64,000 nt of DNA from a virus (taxonomy: Duplodnaviria; Caudoviricetes), in the IMG/VR virus record IMGVR_UViG_3300043399_000339, positions 523-64,522 of that record; one strand, written 5' to 3'. The position numbers and the translations under genes were made by a program. The notes beneath the pieces were generated by a model. That model saw nothing but the letters and a program-made list of their open reading frames with translations. It did not search any database and was not told the DNA's origin. Positions 35,173-44,090 of the stretch are shown one piece after another; the first letter of the stretch is position 1, and each line of letters starts with the position of its first letter.

Positions 35173-35802
35173 TTAGATTACTTGCACACGGGTTTGCGGC
35201 GTCCGGTAGGTATCCATCCGCAGTTTGCCGTCGCCCAGCTGCTTGATGAGGCCAACCGACTCGTTGAACATCTTGTCGTACAGCGCCACGACGTCCTGCT
35301 CTTCCTTCATGAACCGCGCGGCCTCGACCAGCATACCGTTAAGCAGCACCGAATCGAAGTTGTCGCCCAGCCACGTGGTGCCGGCGGTCACGATGGACTC
35401 TGGGTAGTGGCCGTAGTTGATCTCGACCGACAGCGCAGCCGCGGGCGTGGGCCCGACAATCACCGAACTATCGTCCTGCAGCGCGTAGTATTTTGGAGTG
35501 CCAGAAAAGAGTGGCGTAGGGTACGCCGACCGGATGAAGCCCGGGTCTTTGTCGATCAGATACTGGTACGCACCCGACGCCTCGATCACGGCTAGCGTGA
35601 ACATGTACAGGAAGTCGTTAGGCAACGCCAGCACCGGGTTGCCGATGGTGAGCGTCAGCGAGCTGGTCTTGCGCAGCACAGGCAGCTGCACGAGGTTGTA
35701 GACCTTCTGCTCGGTCAACCTCGCAAACCGCTCGTAGTCATCCGCGGTGAACTCGTTTTCGGTCGTGGTGGCGACCGCTGCGCACAGCTCGGAGTAGTTC
35801 AT
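35173..35802 (-). CDS. Head-tail adaptor / tail tubular protein
   Basis: LP.DFL, GTPKYYA, GPTP, TWL, LL.G.L.EA motifs. Confidence 0.75.
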   Translation of the reverse strand: MNYSELCAAVATTTENEFTADDYERFARLTEQKVYNLVQLPVLRKTSSLTLTIGNPVLALPNDFLYMFTLAVIEASGAYQYLIDKDPGFIRSAYPTPLFSGTPKYYALQDDSSVIVGPTPAAALSVEINYGHYPESIVTAGTTWLGDNFDSVLLNGMLVEAARFMKEEQDVVALYDKMFNESVGLIKQLGDGKLRMDTYRTPQTRVQVI

Positions 35803-35804
35803 TT

Positions 35805-36029
35805 TCAGCCGTTACGGACGAACTTCAGGCCCTTCTTGGCGGCACCGCCGCCTCGGGAGACCATACCACCGCCGGCCATCTTGTGCATGCGCTTCTCGTG
35901 GTCCTTGACCTCAAGTTTGGCGATTTGCTTGGCGGCGCCGGCGTGCTGAGCCTCTTCGCGCTTGTTCTCGGCCATCTTGGCTCGCTCGTAGCTTTTGCTC
36001 TTGGCGGGCTCGAACATGATCTTAGCCAT
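35805..36029 (-). CDS. Small basic virion-associated protein
   Basis: AAGGAG RBS; MAGGG..RG.GAA.KG..F motif. Confidence 0.65.
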   Translation of the reverse strand: MAKIMFEPAKSKSYERAKMAENKREEAQHAGAAKQIAKLEVKDHEKRMHKMAGGGMVSRGGGAAKKGLKFVRNG

Positions 36030-36086
36030 TCTGAGGCTCCTTTCAGTAGGTAATTGTCAAGGTTTCAACGCCGCATTGCAAGGCAG

Positions 36087-36380
36087 TCACGGCACGGGCG
36101 GCGTATAGATGTCTTCCAGCGTTTGCCCAGTGTCAGGAATCTCTCTCGACTCTTGCAGCGACGGGTCTGGGCGAGGATCGCGGATAGCCTGGGGGTCGTT
36201 CACCGGCACCATGCCTTGGAAGTTCTGCGGGTGGTCGGCACTCCAGCACTCAGGGCACACCAGCAAGTTGGTCACCTTGCCGCGGATCGACTCCGGCTTG
36301 AGTAGCCCCAGCTTGTACCGAAAGTTACAACGCGCACAGAAGCCTATCGCGTTAGTTCGGTTAGCATATTTTGTTGCCAT
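36087..36380 (-). CDS. Zn-ribbon protein
   Basis: C.RC...VCPECW..HPQ...DPQA...PRP. Confidence 0.75.
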   Translation of the reverse strand: MATKYANRTNAIGFCARCNFRYKLGLLKPESIRGKVTNLLVCPECWSADHPQNFQGMVPVNDPQAIRDPRPDPSLQESREIPDTGQTLEDIYTPPVP

Positions 36381-37063
36381 TACAGCCTCCCGCCGCGCGG
36401 AACGAATCGCACAGAAGCCCGGTCTCGGTCCTCGGCCATGGCGTCCGCCAGCGCCTCGTCGTACTGGGCTTTCAGCATCGGCAGCCGAGCCATGCCTTCT
36501 GGGGTCTTCATGGCCATGTGGTACGCCGTGCCGGCGATCAGGGCCGGCAGGAACCGGAACGGCACATCTTGCTCAGTCGGGCCGGTACCCGCATCTTGGA
36601 GGCGCCGCAGGCGCCAGTACACCAGCGTGTACGGCTGAGAGTTGTCGGGCACGGGCCACAGGGTGATGGTGGGCGTCGGGGACTGGCGGTTGATGTAGCA
36701 CTGCACCGGGCGGCCGGTGTTGGTCTTGGCAGGGATCGTTGCGTAGGTAGAGACACTGATGCGCGAGACGCTCAGGTCAGACTGCGAGGTGCCGGTGCCA
36801 GTGCGGATCACGTGCTCAATCAAGTCGACCGTGTCATTCGGCAGGTCGTAAGTCGCCGTGCCGGCCACCAGCGGGATCGTGCCCTCGGAGACAGTCCAGA
36901 GGTTAATACCCTTGTTGGCGAAATCCAAAAGCAATAATGATAAGGACCTACGCGCCGTCTTGTACTGGTAGCCAGTACGGAGCTCCAACCCGCACCGCTC
37001 CGCGGCCTCTTCGAGTATTTCTACGAGGTCTAGGTTGAACGTAGTGGTTCCAGACAGGCTCAT
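36380..37063 (-). CDS. Head-tail connector (P22 gp4-like) protein
   Basis: SGT..F.LD..E..EEA.ERCG...ARRSL..N.GINLWT; LWPVP; PFRFLP. Confidence 0.75.
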   Translation of the reverse strand: MSLSGTTTFNLDLVEILEEAAERCGLELRTGYQYKTARRSLSLLLLDFANKGINLWTVSEGTIPLVAGTATYDLPNDTVDLIEHVIRTGTGTSQSDLSVSRISVSTYATIPAKTNTGRPVQCYINRQSPTPTITLWPVPDNSQPYTLVYWRLRRLQDAGTGPTEQDVPFRFLPALIAGTAYHMAMKTPEGMARLPMLKAQYDEALADAMAEDRDRASVRFVPRGGRL

Positions 37064-37458
37064 ACTCGGTACCTAGCGGTTTTCTTGGCGATCTTCGCCG
37101 GCTGCTTGACGAACTGCTTGCCCTCTCGGGTGCCTTCGCGTTTGGCCTTGGTGGTGGCGGCGTACTCAGCAGGGGTCAGGGCCTCCCGAGCCTTTTTAGG
37201 CAGATACCGCTCACCGGTCGCGTCGGCTCCGACCGTGGATGGCTTGCCGGACTTCGTGCCCCAGTCCTCTTTGGTCCACTTCGCGAGTTTGTTCTCGCTG
37301 GACTTGGCGCCAGAGTAGCCGCCCCCGCGTTCCTTGTAGAGGCGAGTGGCTTCCTGCATCGCGCGGGCGCTATGCTTTCCGCCCATCTTGGCCTTTGCAT
37401 CGGCCTTGGCGCGCTCCCATTTGGCGGGGTCGGTCTTCTTGGCGACTTCGGCCATCAC
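37060..37458 (-). CDS. Conserved basic phage protein (DUF5872-like)
   Basis: SAR..Q....YK..GGGY...WTKEDWGTKSG...RYLPKKA. Confidence 0.7.
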   Translation of the reverse strand: MMAEVAKKTDPAKWERAKADAKAKMGGKHSARAMQEATRLYKERGGGYSGAKSSENKLAKWTKEDWGTKSGKPSTVGADATGERYLPKKAREALTPAEYAATTKAKREGTREGKQFVKQPAKIAKKTARYRV

Positions 37459-37613
37459 TTAGCCTTCGGCTTGGGCTTCACGCGGCCGAGTCTCTTGTCC
37501 TCAGCCACGAACTCCTTGGCAACCTTGACCGGCACGCCGACCTTCTTGGCGAAGGCTTTATTGTGCGCCGCGGCGAGCATGAGCTTGCGCTGCTTGGGAC
37601 TGGTGGTGGGCAT
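37455..37613 (-). CDS. Small basic protein (52 aa, not in ORF track)
   Basis: MPTTSPKQRKLMLAAAHNKAFAKKVGVP..VAKEF. Confidence 0.65.
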   Translation of the reverse strand: MPTTSPKQRKLMLAAAHNKAFAKKVGVPVKVAKEFVAEDKRLGRVKPKPKAK

Positions 37614-37615
37614 AG

Positions 37616-37804
37616 TTACACCATGCGGCCTTTGGTCTTGCCACGCTGGGCGCAGCCGTCGCCGCGCACCATGCCGCCCTTGGCGTACTTCTTGGGCATG
37701 GCTTTGTCATAAGCCTTGGTGGCTTTGGCGCGATCCTTGGCGTCTTTGACGTCCTGCGGGGAGACGTCGGACATGTCTTGATCGGCGGGGAATTGGGGCT
37801 TCAT
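37616..37804 (-). CDS. Small basic protein
   Basis: YAKGG.VRGDGCAQRGKTKGRMV motif. Confidence 0.7.
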   Translation of the reverse strand: MKPQFPADQDMSDVSPQDVKDAKDRAKATKAYDKAMPKKYAKGGMVRGDGCAQRGKTKGRMV

Positions 37805-38046
37805 TTGGGGTCCTCGTAGTCGCGCATGCGCCGCTCATGCTCAACCTGTTCACGGCGATCCTGCTTGTGGCGATAGTACCAGTTCACAATGAAACCGGCT
37901 ACACCAAGTATCAAACCAACTAGCACGGCAAACTCACTGGACAGCACCCAGCCGCCAATCGTCATTCCTGCGCCGGTATAGGTAGCCTTGCTGGCTGCCG
38001 TGGCTATGGTGGCGTCGACCGCCGCTTGAGTAGCTTCGTCTCTCAT
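37801..38046 (-). CDS. Putative holin
   Basis: SKATYTGAG...TM segment...VNWYY followed by charged tail. Confidence 0.7.
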   Translation of the reverse strand: MRDEATQAAVDATIATAASKATYTGAGMTIGGWVLSSEFAVLVGLILGVAGFIVNWYYRHKQDRREQVEHERRMRDYEDPK

Positions 38047-38048
38047 TG

Positions 38049-38327
38049 TCACCACTTCACCTTATCCGCCCAAAAAGCTGCGGACGTTTTACCTTTGATA
38101 ATATTGGCCTTGTGGCGCGCTTTGAAGCTGGCACGTTTCTTGGTCATGGTTTCGGACTCACCGGCCTTCGGCTTGCCAGCCGTCTTGGCGCCCTGCTCAC
38201 CGAACCGGATGATCTTCTCTTTGCCGTCAGTACAAGCCTTGACGACGTGCGACTTTTTGGGGTGGTCCGGCGTGCGCTTTGGGGTGTTACACGGCATTTC
38301 GGACTTCTTCGCGGGCTTAGTCGCCAT
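38049..38327 (-). CDS. Conserved basic phage protein
   Basis: K.IRFG.QG...KRASFKARH...AFWADKVKW. Confidence 0.7.
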   Translation of the reverse strand: MATKPAKKSEMPCNTPKRTPDHPKKSHVVKACTDGKEKIIRFGEQGAKTAGKPKAGESETMTKKRASFKARHKANIIKGKTSAAFWADKVKW

Positions 38328-38691
38328 TCTGCACCTCCGGTTGCACCATCATCAGGCCCAGACGAGCCATTGCTTCGTGCGATTCTTCCTCAGTGATGTC
38401 TGAGTCGTCAAACAGGATTTGCACCTGCTCGGCGTTAGTCTCCATACCGTTGGCCGTGGCCAGTTCAGCGACCAGCGCGGCGTTGCCGGGGTTGTCTCCA
38501 AACGGCAGCAGGTTGGCAAAGTCCTCGCCAATAAGACCCGCACTGATCCAGTGCGTTACGGGCTCGGCGCCCGTTGGCGAGAGCGGCGTAGTCCACATGC
38601 CAGCACCAGCAGGGCCGGCGACGGTGGCCGACAGATCGCGGGCGAAGGCGACCTGGGCGTCGGGGACGATCAGACAGCGGTAGGTCCACAT
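38317..38691 (-). CDS. Hypothetical tail-associated protein
   Basis: ATG 38691; LSPTG.EP.THWIS.G motif. Confidence 0.65.
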   Translation of the reverse strand: MWTYRCLIVPDAQVAFARDLSATVAGPAGAGMWTTPLSPTGAEPVTHWISAGLIGEDFANLLPFGDNPGNAALVAELATANGMETNAEQVQILFDDSDITEEESHEAMARLGLMMVQPEVQNGD

Positions 38692-40370
38692 CAGAAAGCC
38701 CCCGTGCGTTGGTTCAGCCATGCCTCGGTTTGCTGAATCTGCGACGTTGTGCTGGCGGCTCCGCGGATCACTAAACCATAAATCCGACCGTTGAAGGGCA
38801 GCGTGGTGCCTCCACGGCGCCCGATGTACAGCGGGTAGTTGCCGTAGTTGCCGGTGCCTTGGTCTGCTGTCGAGGACGCAGCTTGGGTTCCATTGACGCG
38901 CAGGATCACTGAATCGCCGGAAATGTCGGCAGTTCCAGTGACGACATTGGTGATGGGTGCTGCGAACGACGTAGCAGTTGCCCCAACCGTAACCGAGCCT
39001 CGACTCTGGAATGAAAAATTTGATGCTGCTCCTGCCGGAGCGAACAAACCAAAAGAGCCGTTGGTTGTGGATGAAGTGGTACTAAGCTCTGCTACAACAC
39101 CAGTTGCAGCATCCGACAACTTCCGCACCCCAGCAAACACCGTCATCTTGTCGGTGGAGGTGAAGTCAATGCTGTTGGTCTGCAGCCAGTCGTCGGTGCC
39201 GTCGAACCGCAGATACGGTTTGAACCCGGTGGTGTCGTAGTCCGTGGCAGTGTTCACGCGCTGGTAGGCTGGCTGGCCTGCTGCGTCGTTGGAGACTCGG
39301 AGGTCGGCGCCCCAAACTTCAATATCAGCACTGTTACTGTGCGCCGGTGACTGGCCGCCTCTGAGTTGAAACCATACTGTTCCTGAACCACTTACTGCTG
39401 CCGCAGTAAATGAAAAACGCTGCCATGCTGAAGTAACGGTTATCGGCTGATTGCCTACGATGCCGTCGGCTCCAATACCCATTGATACGGAAGAACCCCG
39501 CGACCGGAACCAAATCGAAAATGTGTATGTTGCGCCGCTGGTATACGTAACAGACTGGTTAACAAGTGCTCGGTCCGTTGCCGTTGTTCCACCATTAAGG
39601 GACAATTGAACACGGTCTGCGGTCGTTGTTCCATCCGGTGCAGTCGCAGCATTTGCGGTTACGGACGGAGCGCTTGCGGTTCCTGATAGTGTTTTGTTCC
39701 AAGCCGCATCATCAAACTGCTCAGTCTTCGTCAGCAGGTTATACCGCGCAGACAGCACCGGGCGGCTGGTGGACGTGGCTTGGAAGGCGTGGTTGCCGGG
39801 GAGTTCGCGGACGGAGATGTTGTCAATTACGGCAGTGCTACTGAGCGCCGCTGGCCAAAATCTAAGGGTCGTCCCTGTGGCTTGGAATATGTATGTCTTT
39901 TCGCCTGCACCGCTTGCTGTGGCACCTGAAAAAGCAAGACCAAAAGCCACATTGGCCCCTGACACTAGCGTGAATTTCACGCTGTACCATGCCCCAACTG
40001 TCAAAGACATGTCTTGCTGAAAACCAGCATTCCCACCAGTTCCGCGAGTTATTGATACGCCCGATGCCGTCCATGTTGCGATGACCTGCGCTGCGTCTGT
40101 CCCAAGCGTCCACCCGGTAAGGTTGGTGTCAAACGTGCCATTGGTAACGCGCTCACCCCCCAGTACCAGCCCCTTGCTCTTGTCCAGCATCAGGCCCACC
40201 GGCTGCTCCACAGCAGTCACCGGCGTGGTGCCTGCACTGTCTTGGAACAGCGTGGCGGTGTCGCTCGGGTCGTACCAGACACCTTGTTCGCCCGCGGTAA
40301 ACAGCGACGATGGCGAGAACGTCAGGAACCCGGCACGGGTGAGGGCAAGGGACAGTGAGGTCAGCTGCAT
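38691..40370 (-). CDS. Virion protein with carbohydrate-binding/LamG-like domains
   Basis: GVWYDPSD..TLFQDSAGTTPVT; NLL..TE.F; LRFDG.DD; beta-rich. Confidence 0.75.
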   Translation of the reverse strand: MQLTSLSLALTRAGFLTFSPSSLFTAGEQGVWYDPSDTATLFQDSAGTTPVTAVEQPVGLMLDKSKGLVLGGERVTNGTFDTNLTGWTLGTDAAQVIATWTASGVSITRGTGGNAGFQQDMSLTVGAWYSVKFTLVSGANVAFGLAFSGATASGAGEKTYIFQATGTTLRFWPAALSSTAVIDNISVRELPGNHAFQATSTSRPVLSARYNLLTKTEQFDDAAWNKTLSGTASAPSVTANAATAPDGTTTADRVQLSLNGGTTATDRALVNQSVTYTSGATYTFSIWFRSRGSSVSMGIGADGIVGNQPITVTSAWQRFSFTAAAVSGSGTVWFQLRGGQSPAHSNSADIEVWGADLRVSNDAAGQPAYQRVNTATDYDTTGFKPYLRFDGTDDWLQTNSIDFTSTDKMTVFAGVRKLSDAATGVVAELSTTSSTTNGSFGLFAPAGAASNFSFQSRGSVTVGATATSFAAPITNVVTGTADISGDSVILRVNGTQAASSTADQGTGNYGNYPLYIGRRGGTTLPFNGRIYGLVIRGAASTTSQIQQTEAWLNQRTGAF

Positions 40371-40373
40371 ATC

Positions 40374-40394
40374 AAAAAGGGCCCGAAGGCCCCT
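40374..40394 (-). terminator. Intrinsic terminator-like hairpin
   Basis: Minus strand GGGGCC-TTCG-GGCCCT then TTTT. Confidence 0.65.
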
Positions 40395-40651
40395 CAGTAC
40401 AGCGCGATAACGCTGCTTGCGGTGGTGTTCGTGGCCCAGACTCGGACCACCTGTACGGGCAAGATCGACCCGGTTGGCACGTTGGCGAACACAACGTCAG
40501 CGCCGTATGCCGTGGTCACACGCAGGTTCCCACCCACGCCGACATACAAAGCACGAGTGGGGGCCAGAGCGCCGGAGTCGCTAGGCGTCACAGCCGCTGC
40601 GTCAAACGCAGAGACCGTCGCATCCGCGGTGCGGTATGCAGGTGCAACCAT
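40394..40651 (-). CDS. Small virion protein (spike-base-like)
   Basis: AVTPSD...TRALYVG.GGNL.V...F..VP.G.ILPV.V.RV.AT.TTA. Confidence 0.75.
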   Translation of the reverse strand: MVAPAYRTADATVSAFDAAAVTPSDSGALAPTRALYVGVGGNLRVTTAYGADVVFANVPTGSILPVQVVRVWATNTTASSVIALY

Positions 40652-40733
40652 GGCTTACTCCTTAGGGGCTTTGGGGGTCTTTTTGGCCGGGGCCGGAGCC
40701 GGCTCCGGCGGAGTGTACTTAGCGCCCTTCATG

Positions 40734-41171
40734 TTACTTCTGGACGTAGGTAACGGTGACGACAGCGCGGCCAGCGGTCAGCGTGCCAGTACCCACCACG
40801 TTGCGGACCCACACGGCCTGATCGGTCGTGCCAATCTGCCAAGCCAGCTGCGTAGCAGCGGTAGCGGTGCCACGGAAGCGGCCACCAGCCGAGCTGTCCA
40901 CAGCGGCCATCAGCTGAGCGCCACCCGAGGCGGTGCCCACGGAGAAGGTGGTGGTGCCGGTGCCGGCAGCAACCACTTGGTCAACCGTGATGTCGACGAT
41001 CTGAGCGCCAGCCGGCAGGGTGCCCAGCTGCACGTCGTAGTTGCCGGTGGCCAGACCGGTCATGTTGCCCGAGTCATAGGACTGGGACAGGACCATGTAG
41101 CCAAGGTTGACGCCAGTGTTTTCTTTGACGGTGCCCGCGCGAACCGGGCCGGAGAAGGTAGTCGTAGCCAT
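40734..41171 (-). CDS. Capsid decoration/cement-like protein
   Basis: TTFSGPVRAG...LPAGAQIVDI.VD...V.Y.Q. Confidence 0.7.
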   Translation of the reverse strand: MATTTFSGPVRAGTVKENTGVNLGYMVLSQSYDSGNMTGLATGNYDVQLGTLPAGAQIVDITVDQVVAAGTGTTTFSVGTASGGAQLMAAVDSSAGGRFRGTATAATQLAWQIGTTDQAVWVRNVVGTGTLTAGRAVVTVTYVQK

Positions 41172-41176
41172 TGCAG

Positions 41177-41252
41177 CTTCCTTACAAGCAAGTAGCCCAG
41201 CAGTCTGCTTGTCGTCCGCCGGGCCGGTCTGGTGGGCTTAAATGAGTCCCGG
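41177..41252 (-). ncRNA. Candidate pseudoknotted cis-regulatory RNA (possibly Mu-gpT-DE-like)
   Basis: Three interleaved complementary pairs ending immediately before the AAGGAAG RBS of 40734..41171. Confidence 0.45.
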
Positions 41253-41279
41253 AATTGGTATCTTTATACCACCTCACAC

Positions 41280-43052
41280 CTACGCTGTCCACACCCAACG
41301 CTTCTTACCACAGTCGTACAGCCTACGTGCGCCCATCAGATAGGTCATCTCAGCTTCAGTACGCGGGTCCGTTGCGGGGTCGAAGGGCTCGGTTAGGCCG
41401 TGCTCCTCCAGCCGTTTTGGCAGCAGCCGGCGCTGGTAGTGCGGCTTCGGGCGGATGCCGATCTTCGGGCTCCATACAACGTAGTCTTCTGGCACCTCTT
41501 CCTCCAGCACAAAACCTAGTTGGGCGTACATACCGCCATCGAAGAATCGGTTATCAGAAAACGACTTGACCTCTGGCGGGTTGAACTCCGTCACGAACGC
41601 CTTGAACAACCTGGAAGCCGCACCAGCCACTGTGATACGGGTAGCGTATCTGCCAAGCGTCCAAGTCCGGTTCCCAGCCCCTGCTCCACGGTCATTGGCC
41701 CCTAGCACAAAGCGCATGCAGGCCACCATCTTGCCCTTCCAGAACAGCGCATAGTGCTCCCCAGACCCTGCCCCGCCTTGTGGGTGGTAGCGATCGTAAA
41801 ACGAGCGTGCCTCTGCAGCGGTAGCCTTGCGCAGCTCGCACTTGCGAGCCATCAGCTTGCCCTTGGACTTGCCCACAGCATTGCGCAGTAGCCTGCGGAT
41901 GGCGTAGTTGCGCTCTTTCCATTCGGACTCCCAAAGCGTAATGAGCCGCACGCCCTGGTCCCTGCAGGCAAGGTACTTTTCGATGTGCTTTTTGCGGGCC
42001 TTGCGCTCTTCCTCCTTGGACCCCGAGGAGTGCCAGTATTCGCCGCAATACTCCACTGCCAGCTTCCGCTCAGGCAGGTAGATGTCCAGCTCCTTGGGCT
42101 GGAGGACGGTGCGGTCTCTCCGCACAGTACTAGCCAAATTAGACAAAAAACTAAAGAGACTGTCTTCGCCTTTAGACAAATGTCTGGTACATATGCCGCA
42201 AGGATTGTGCCTGACGTACCCTTCAGCCGCCTGCCGCCACTCTACGTTATGCACCGTACACCGCCCGAATACCATAGCGCCTTTTTCTGAATGTTCTACG
42301 CTGTGGTACTCAAACAGACCTCCATACACAGACTGCCCACGCAATTCGACTTCCTCTAATGTAAGCCTGCGCTCCAGCATGTGGGCCTGTAGTTTCAGCT
42401 CTCCGCACCCCCGGCACCCGGAATTTTTGAGTAGGTTGTTCGGCCATGCGAAAAATTCGCCATGCGTATGGCATACGCATCGTATAGGTTTACCCATACC
42501 CGAAAACGTGCTCAGGTCATACTCCCAGTCGCGGTTCGCTTTTTGCAGCCGCGCCAGCAGCCCCTCTTTAACTAGCCCGCTCACGAGTGCATTGCGGGCG
42601 CGCTTACCATCGTTTGCGCATTCCGGGCAGCCACGGCCCAACAGGTGCCCATTTGGTTTCTGCCAAAACGCCCCGTGCGTATGGCAAATGATCTGGACTT
42701 TGCTTTTGTTGCCTACATATTCCTGCTCTGGGTACTCGTATAGGTCCCCATGCAGCGCCGTCGCCTTATGCACAAACCCACTCCACCCGAGTTTCTTGCT
42801 TGCCGCGGCAGCCAGCACCTTTTCCTTGCCACATGCAGGGCACCCATTGCCATTGACTAGGTACGTTGGCTTTGTGCTGAAGTCCCCATGTTTTTTGCAG
42901 GTGACAGTGGTCTTGGCCGTGGACCCCAAGTACTCAAACTTGGAGTAGTCGTAGGCATCGCCCCACAGGTCAGCTACTACCCGCCAAAAATTTTCTTCCG
43001 CGGTTTTTCTACGAGAGGCAGCGGAGGCCGCCCAAGAGTTGTGGTTTGCCAT
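41280..43052 (-). CDS. Freestanding Hef-like endonuclease: DUF723-type Zn repeats + VSR-like nuclease + GNAT-like C-terminus
   Basis: Repeated YDYS..EY..C..HG.F...P...G.GCP.C; LDIYLPE..LAVEYCGEYWH; GAASRL..F...SFSD...G.MY..LGF; YDCG. Confidence 0.82.
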   Translation of the reverse strand: MANHNSWAASAASRRKTAEENFWRVVADLWGDAYDYSKFEYLGSTAKTTVTCKKHGDFSTKPTYLVNGNGCPACGKEKVLAAAASKKLGWSGFVHKATALHGDLYEYPEQEYVGNKSKVQIICHTHGAFWQKPNGHLLGRGCPECANDGKRARNALVSGLVKEGLLARLQKANRDWEYDLSTFSGMGKPIRCVCHTHGEFFAWPNNLLKNSGCRGCGELKLQAHMLERRLTLEEVELRGQSVYGGLFEYHSVEHSEKGAMVFGRCTVHNVEWRQAAEGYVRHNPCGICTRHLSKGEDSLFSFLSNLASTVRRDRTVLQPKELDIYLPERKLAVEYCGEYWHSSGSKEEERKARKKHIEKYLACRDQGVRLITLWESEWKERNYAIRRLLRNAVGKSKGKLMARKCELRKATAAEARSFYDRYHPQGGAGSGEHYALFWKGKMVACMRFVLGANDRGAGAGNRTWTLGRYATRITVAGAASRLFKAFVTEFNPPEVKSFSDNRFFDGGMYAQLGFVLEEEVPEDYVVWSPKIGIRPKPHYQRRLLPKRLEEHGLTEPFDPATDPRTEAEMTYLMGARRLYDCGKKRWVWTA

Positions 43053-43078
43053 CTAAGACTCCTTGGTTGCGAGTCCGA

Positions 43079-43107
43079 AGTGTAGAACAAGTACGCGACC
43101 GGGTCAA
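43079..43107 (-). promoter_or_regulatory. Sigma70-type promoter for the endonuclease
   Basis: Minus strand TTGACC-17-TACACT just after the capsid terminator. Confidence 0.55.
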
Positions 43108-43114
43108 TCCCCCC

Positions 43115-43143
43115 AAAAGAAAAGGGCCCCCGAAGGGGCCCTC
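43115..43143 (-). terminator. Intrinsic terminator after major capsid gene
   Basis: AGGGCCCC-TTCG-GGGGCCCT then TTTCTTTT on minus strand. Confidence 0.85.
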
Positions 43144-43171
43144 TTGGCCTAGATAGTAAACCTAACTAGAT

Positions 43172-44080
43172 TTACGCGCCCGGGCTGCCCCATACGCCCA
43201 AAGGATCACTGACTCCGAAAACATATCGCTCACGAGCTTTGAAGCGAGCGTTGCCAGTGTCGAAGTCATTGTCCATGCCGGTTTGCATGGGGCTACGAAC
43301 AAAATGCTTCAGACCGTTCGGAATATCCGTCAGGATGAAGAACGCGTTGCTGTCCGTCAGGAAGTTATTGACGGTGTAGCCGCCAGGGATAGCACCCATG
43401 CTGACGATCGCGTTGATGTCGTTGTCAGACGTCGAGACGCGCAGCTGGGTCTTCATCAGACGCTCGGCCACGAACTGCAGGGCGGGCGGGATCACCAGCT
43501 TTTTGGGCTTGGCGGCGATCAAAAGCCCTCGTTCGTCCTTCCACTGTTGGATTTGGACAATAGCGGCTTCCAGCGAGGTTTCGTTCAGGTCCACACCCGA
43601 AGACGGACGGTTGCTGTTGGTGCCACCACCGACCAGGGGATGGTCGGTCGCGAAGAGCGACTTGCCGTCACCGTAGGTCACGCCGGCAGCGAAGCCGTTG
43701 TTCAGCACGGAGGCACCCTTCACCTGCTTAGTGTAGGCCATGGCGCGGGCCAGGGCCTTGGTGTAGCGGGCCGACAGACTGTCGTACAGGTTATCTTCGA
43801 TCGCCTCTTGGGTAATCGAGAACCCCATCGCGATGGTCTCGTGGGTGTAGCGAGCGGTCCAGGCTTCCTGGGCGTCGTCGTAGCGCATTGCGGCGCCTTC
43901 CGACTTCACCGGGGCCGCACCGAAGCCAGACAGCTTGGTTTCTTCTTCAAACGAGCGCTCAGAGCTCTCGATTTCGTAGATTTCCTTGTGCTGCTCGCCG
44001 TAACGGGCGTACTCCAGACCGAACAGGGCGTTCAGGCCGGGCAAGAGCTCCTTAAGGAGCTGGGAACGAGAAATTGCCAT
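43172..44080 (-). CDS. Major capsid protein (Mu gpT-like)
   Basis: MAISRSQLLKELLPGLNALFGLEY...RERY.FG.SDP.G..GSPGA. Confidence 0.9.
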   Translation of the reverse strand: MAISRSQLLKELLPGLNALFGLEYARYGEQHKEIYEIESSERSFEEETKLSGFGAAPVKSEGAAMRYDDAQEAWTARYTHETIAMGFSITQEAIEDNLYDSLSARYTKALARAMAYTKQVKGASVLNNGFAAGVTYGDGKSLFATDHPLVGGGTNSNRPSSGVDLNETSLEAAIVQIQQWKDERGLLIAAKPKKLVIPPALQFVAERLMKTQLRVSTSDNDINAIVSMGAIPGGYTVNNFLTDSNAFFILTDIPNGLKHFVRSPMQTGMDNDFDTGNARFKARERYVFGVSDPLGVWGSPGA

Positions 44081-44090
44081 GGTTTACTCC

